Below, piece by piece: positions 61,654 through 64,000 of a DNA stretch of 64,000 nt. The position numbers were made by a program, and so were the translations under genes. The notes below the pieces were generated by a model, which worked only from the letters and a program-made list of their open reading frames with translations, made no database searches and was not told the origin of the DNA. Position 1 is the stretch's first letter, and every line of letters begins with the position of its first letter. Where the stretch lies: the NCBI GenBank assembly GCA_002348615.1, contig DEBR01000003.1:12268-76267 (forward strand), read 5' to 3'. This DNA comes from Candidatus Saccharibacteria bacterium UBA2951. Lineage in GTDB: Bacteria > Patescibacteriota > Saccharimonadia > Saccharimonadales > Saccharimonadaceae.

Positions 61654-62933
61654 GCTACCAGTCGCCATACGCAGAATTCGTTTTTAAGCGCTACGACTAC
61701 GATAAAACAAGCGGGGTACTGACGTTTGAATACGGATTCGATGATGCGGTGCAGTTTCAAGAACGTGTACATTTTGAGACGAATGAGTCATATGACGACG
61801 CGCTTTTTGATCGAGCCGTGTTCATGGCGTTCGTACTCGCCGGCATTTCGTATTACAAATGCTACCCCACAAAAAACGTTCGGTTCGATAAACATGAAAT
61901 TACTCGCGACCAAGCCGACTTCTTTACGAACGTCTACCGAAACGGTCTTAGTCAGTTCGTGTATGAAAATGGGCTATCACCGGAAGACATCGTTACATTC
62001 AAAGCGACCACAAGTGAACTCGTCGGTCCTTTGCCGTACGGCGGCAACGGAATCATCGCCTTACAAAGCGGCGGTAAGGACTCGCTACTACTCGCTCGTC
62101 TGCTTGAAGAAAAGGGTATTGATTTTAGTCCATGGTACGTATCGCAGGTCGCGAATCATCCTACGATACTCGATAGCCTACCCGGCACACTTATTACGCC
62201 TAGGCGCGAAATTGACCGAAGCGCCCTGACGACCGAACAGGAAAAAGGAGCGTTAAACGGCCACGTGCCGGTCACATTCATCACGCTTTCGTACGCGCTT
62301 ACTGATGCGGTGCTATGCGGTAAAAACACGATACTCGCGGCGATCGGCCGAGAGGGCGAAGAACCGCACGCTTACATCGGTGACTACCCTGTCATGCACC
62401 AATGGTCAAAGACCTGGCAAGCCGAGCAACTTTACGCTAACTATCTTCGCCGTTTCGTATCGCCTGACATTCGTGTCGGGTCACCAATCCGAGGGTTTAG
62501 CGAGTTAAAAATCGCGGAACTCTTCGTGCTGCACGCCTGGGACAAGTATGGTCATAGCTTCTCTTCCTGCAACGTCGCGAATTACAAGCAGGGACATGAT
62601 AACGCGCGTCTTGCGTGGTGTGGCAATTGTCCAAAGTGCGCTAATTCTTTCCTACTGTTCGCACCGTTCGTTGAGAAAAGCGAACTGGTCGAGGTATTCG
62701 GTAAGGACCTATTCGCTGATGTAGCGCTGACCGATACGTTCAAAGGACTGCTTGGTGTGGACGGTATCATGAAGCCCTTTGAGTGCGTTGGCGAAACCGA
62801 CGAGCTTCGGTTAGCCTACCATATGGCAGTGCAGAACGACCATACGCCACTCGGGTTTGATGTTCCCACGTCCAACTACGACAAGGACCGGCTAAGCGAC
62901 GCCCAACCGTGGGCAACCCAGATGATACAATAA
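61650..62933 (+). CDS. PP-loop ATP pyrophosphatase-fold protein with a CxxCxxC zinc motif (candidate MurL-type epimerase)
   Basis: SGGKDS PP-loop (IIALQSGGKDSLLLARLL), WCGNCPKCANSF. ATGA overlap with murD. Confidence 0.6.
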   Translation: MSYQSPYAEFVFKRYDYDKTSGVLTFEYGFDDAVQFQERVHFETNESYDDALFDRAVFMAFVLAGISYYKCYPTKNVRFDKHEITRDQADFFTNVYRNGLSQFVYENGLSPEDIVTFKATTSELVGPLPYGGNGIIALQSGGKDSLLLARLLEEKGIDFSPWYVSQVANHPTILDSLPGTLITPRREIDRSALTTEQEKGALNGHVPVTFITLSYALTDAVLCGKNTILAAIGREGEEPHAYIGDYPVMHQWSKTWQAEQLYANYLRRFVSPDIRVGSPIRGFSELKIAELFVLHAWDKYGHSFSSCNVANYKQGHDNARLAWCGNCPKCANSFLLFAPFVEKSELVEVFGKDLFADVALTDTFKGLLGVDGIMKPFECVGETDELRLAYHMAVQNDHTPLGFDVPTSNYDKDRLSDAQPWATQMIQ

Positions 62934-62938
62934 GGGTA

Positions 62939-64000
62939 ATGCAACCCCTTGAAAAACGTGCCCAGGCGCTAAAAGAAGCAATCGACCAGGCGATGGCGCG
63001 CTTAGACGTGGCTGGAAAAGCCGAGCGGCTGCAAGCAGTCGACGCACAACTAGCCATTCCCGAAGTCTGGAACAACCCGGCGCATGCGCAGGAACTAAGC
63101 AAGCACTCAGCCGGGCTCCGGGCAGTCGTTGAACCATGGCAAACGCTTCAGGCACAGGTGGCCGATATCGTCGAACTTATGCAGATGGGCGACGAATCAA
63201 TGCAGGCCGAATTCGACTCGCAGCTCACCGCGCTCGAAGCCGAACTCGCGTCGCGCAAAAAAGACTTACTCTACGGTGGCCCTTACGACGACCACGACGC
63301 GATCCTGCGTATTACCGCGGGTGTCGGCGGTACCGACGCGCAGGACTGGGCCGAAATGCTGGAACGTATGTACCTACGATGGGCCGAAAAAGCCGGCATG
63401 AATGTCACGACGGCCGAGCGCTCCACCGGCGAAGAAGCTGGTATTAAGACCAGCGTGCTTGAAGTCAGCGGACCATTCGCCTACGGTAAGCTTAAAAGCG
63501 AACATGGCGTTCACCGCCTCGTGCGCCTCAGTCCGTTCAATTCAGACAATCTGCGTCAGACCAGCTTCGCGTTAGTCGAAGTGCTACCAAATATCGACGC
63601 GCCGGACGACGTACAGATTGATGAAAAAGACCTAAAAATCGATGTCTACCGAGCCGGCGGCCACGGTGGTCAGTCGGTTAATACTACCGACTCTGCTGTC
63701 CGAATCACGCACTTGCCGACAAACACGGTCGTCGCGATTCAGAACGAACGTTCGCAGCTACAGAACAAAGAAACCGCCATGCGTATTCTTCGCTCGAAAC
63801 TCGCCCAGCTTCAAATGGAACAGCACGCCGAATCCCTCAGCGACTTGAAGGCAGGGGAGTCGGCTAACTGGGGCTCGCAAATCCGTAACTACGTACTGCA
63901 CCCGTATACGCTCGTCAAAGACACGCGTACCAAATATGAAGACAAGGACGCTGGGAAGGTGCTCGATGGCAAACTTGATGGCTTCATGACCAGCTATCTT
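62939..64000 (+). CDS. prfB: peptide chain release factor 2 (3' end beyond the window)
   Basis: My own translation from the ATG at 62939 is open to the window end (354 codons). SPF tripeptide (RLSPFNSDN), GGQ ([11 protein letters not shown]). Continuous frame with no internal TGA. Confidence 0.93.
   Translation, partial: MQPLEKRAQALKEAIDQAMARLDVAGKAERLQAVDAQLAIPEVWNNPAHAQELSKHSAGLRAVVEPWQTLQAQVADIVELMQMGDESMQAEFDSQLTALEAELASRKKDLLYGGPYDDHDAILRITAGVGGTDAQDWAEMLERMYLRWAEKAGMNVTTAERSTGEEAGIKTSVLEVSGPFAYGKLKSEHGVHRLVRLSPFNSDNLRQTSFALVEVLPNIDAPDDVQIDEKDLKIDVYRAGGHGGQSVNTTDSAVRITHLPTNTVVAIQNERSQLQNKETAMRILRSKLAQLQMEQHAESLSDLKAGESANWGSQIRNYVLHPYTLVKDTRTKYEDKDAGKVLDGKLDGFMTSYL

Noticed and set aside
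1-64000. Search for tRNA, rRNA, tmRNA, RNase P RNA, CRISPR repeats, transposase/integrase genes and terminal inverted repeats of IS elements
   Set aside because: No T-loop/cloverleaf candidates in intergenic regions, no regularly spaced direct repeats, and no recombinase-like ORFs. By-eye scanning cannot exclude small RNAs, so tRNAscan-SE, Infernal and MinCED should confirm this.

Overview
Gene-dense 64-kb chromosomal segment with about 73 CDS, mostly on the + strand, at moderate G+C. Housekeeping genes dominate: fmt-def-priA, recJ, rpsU, adk-map, ftsA-ftsZ-nrdR, ileS, parAB, lepB, rpmE-prfA-prmC, rpsB-tsf...frr-uppS-rseP-proS, greA-lysS, serS-hpf-secA, murD and prfB. I saw no rRNA, tRNA, CRISPR array, transposase or integrase. 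RF1 and RF2 are both present and TGA is used as a stop, so the standard code applies. Several traits point to a reduced-genome, monoderm-like bacterium, plausibly Patescibacteria/Saccharibacteria (inference only, no search possible). These traits are type IV pilins, an LCP enzyme, DUF5663-like and DUF2207-like proteins, no pyrH or cdsA in the otherwise conserved rpsB...proS cluster, 4-nt convergent gene overlaps, and many promoter -10 boxes almost touching start codons. The observations most worth a second look are:
- (1) A secreted two-TM VirB2/TrbC-like pilin module fused to a PtpB-type CX5R phosphatase, co-oriented with an OmpA-like protein and next to two tandem type IV pilin paralogs. All of this lies in an accessory insert that splits the tsf-frr cluster.
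- (2) A visibly AT-rich gene with a Swt1/Abi-type HEPN RNase signature, wedged between lysS and a YdjM-like membrane hydrolase.
- (3) murD translationally coupled to a PP-loop/Zn-finger ATPase, a candidate MurD2-MurL L-Glu ligase/epimerase pair.
- (4) A G+C-rich islet with GC3-biased codons and a T-tract-less hairpin (20.4-20.9 kb), plus a second GC3-rich gene start at the left edge.
- (5) An Ile T-box-like leader that runs into a small acidic ORF overlapping the ileS start.
- (6) An NrdR lacking all four zinc-ribbon cysteines.
- (7) Two long-range inverted-repeat elements.
- (8) A recurrent TGnTACAAT box 6-10 nt upstream of ATGs, implying leaderless or near-leaderless mRNAs.
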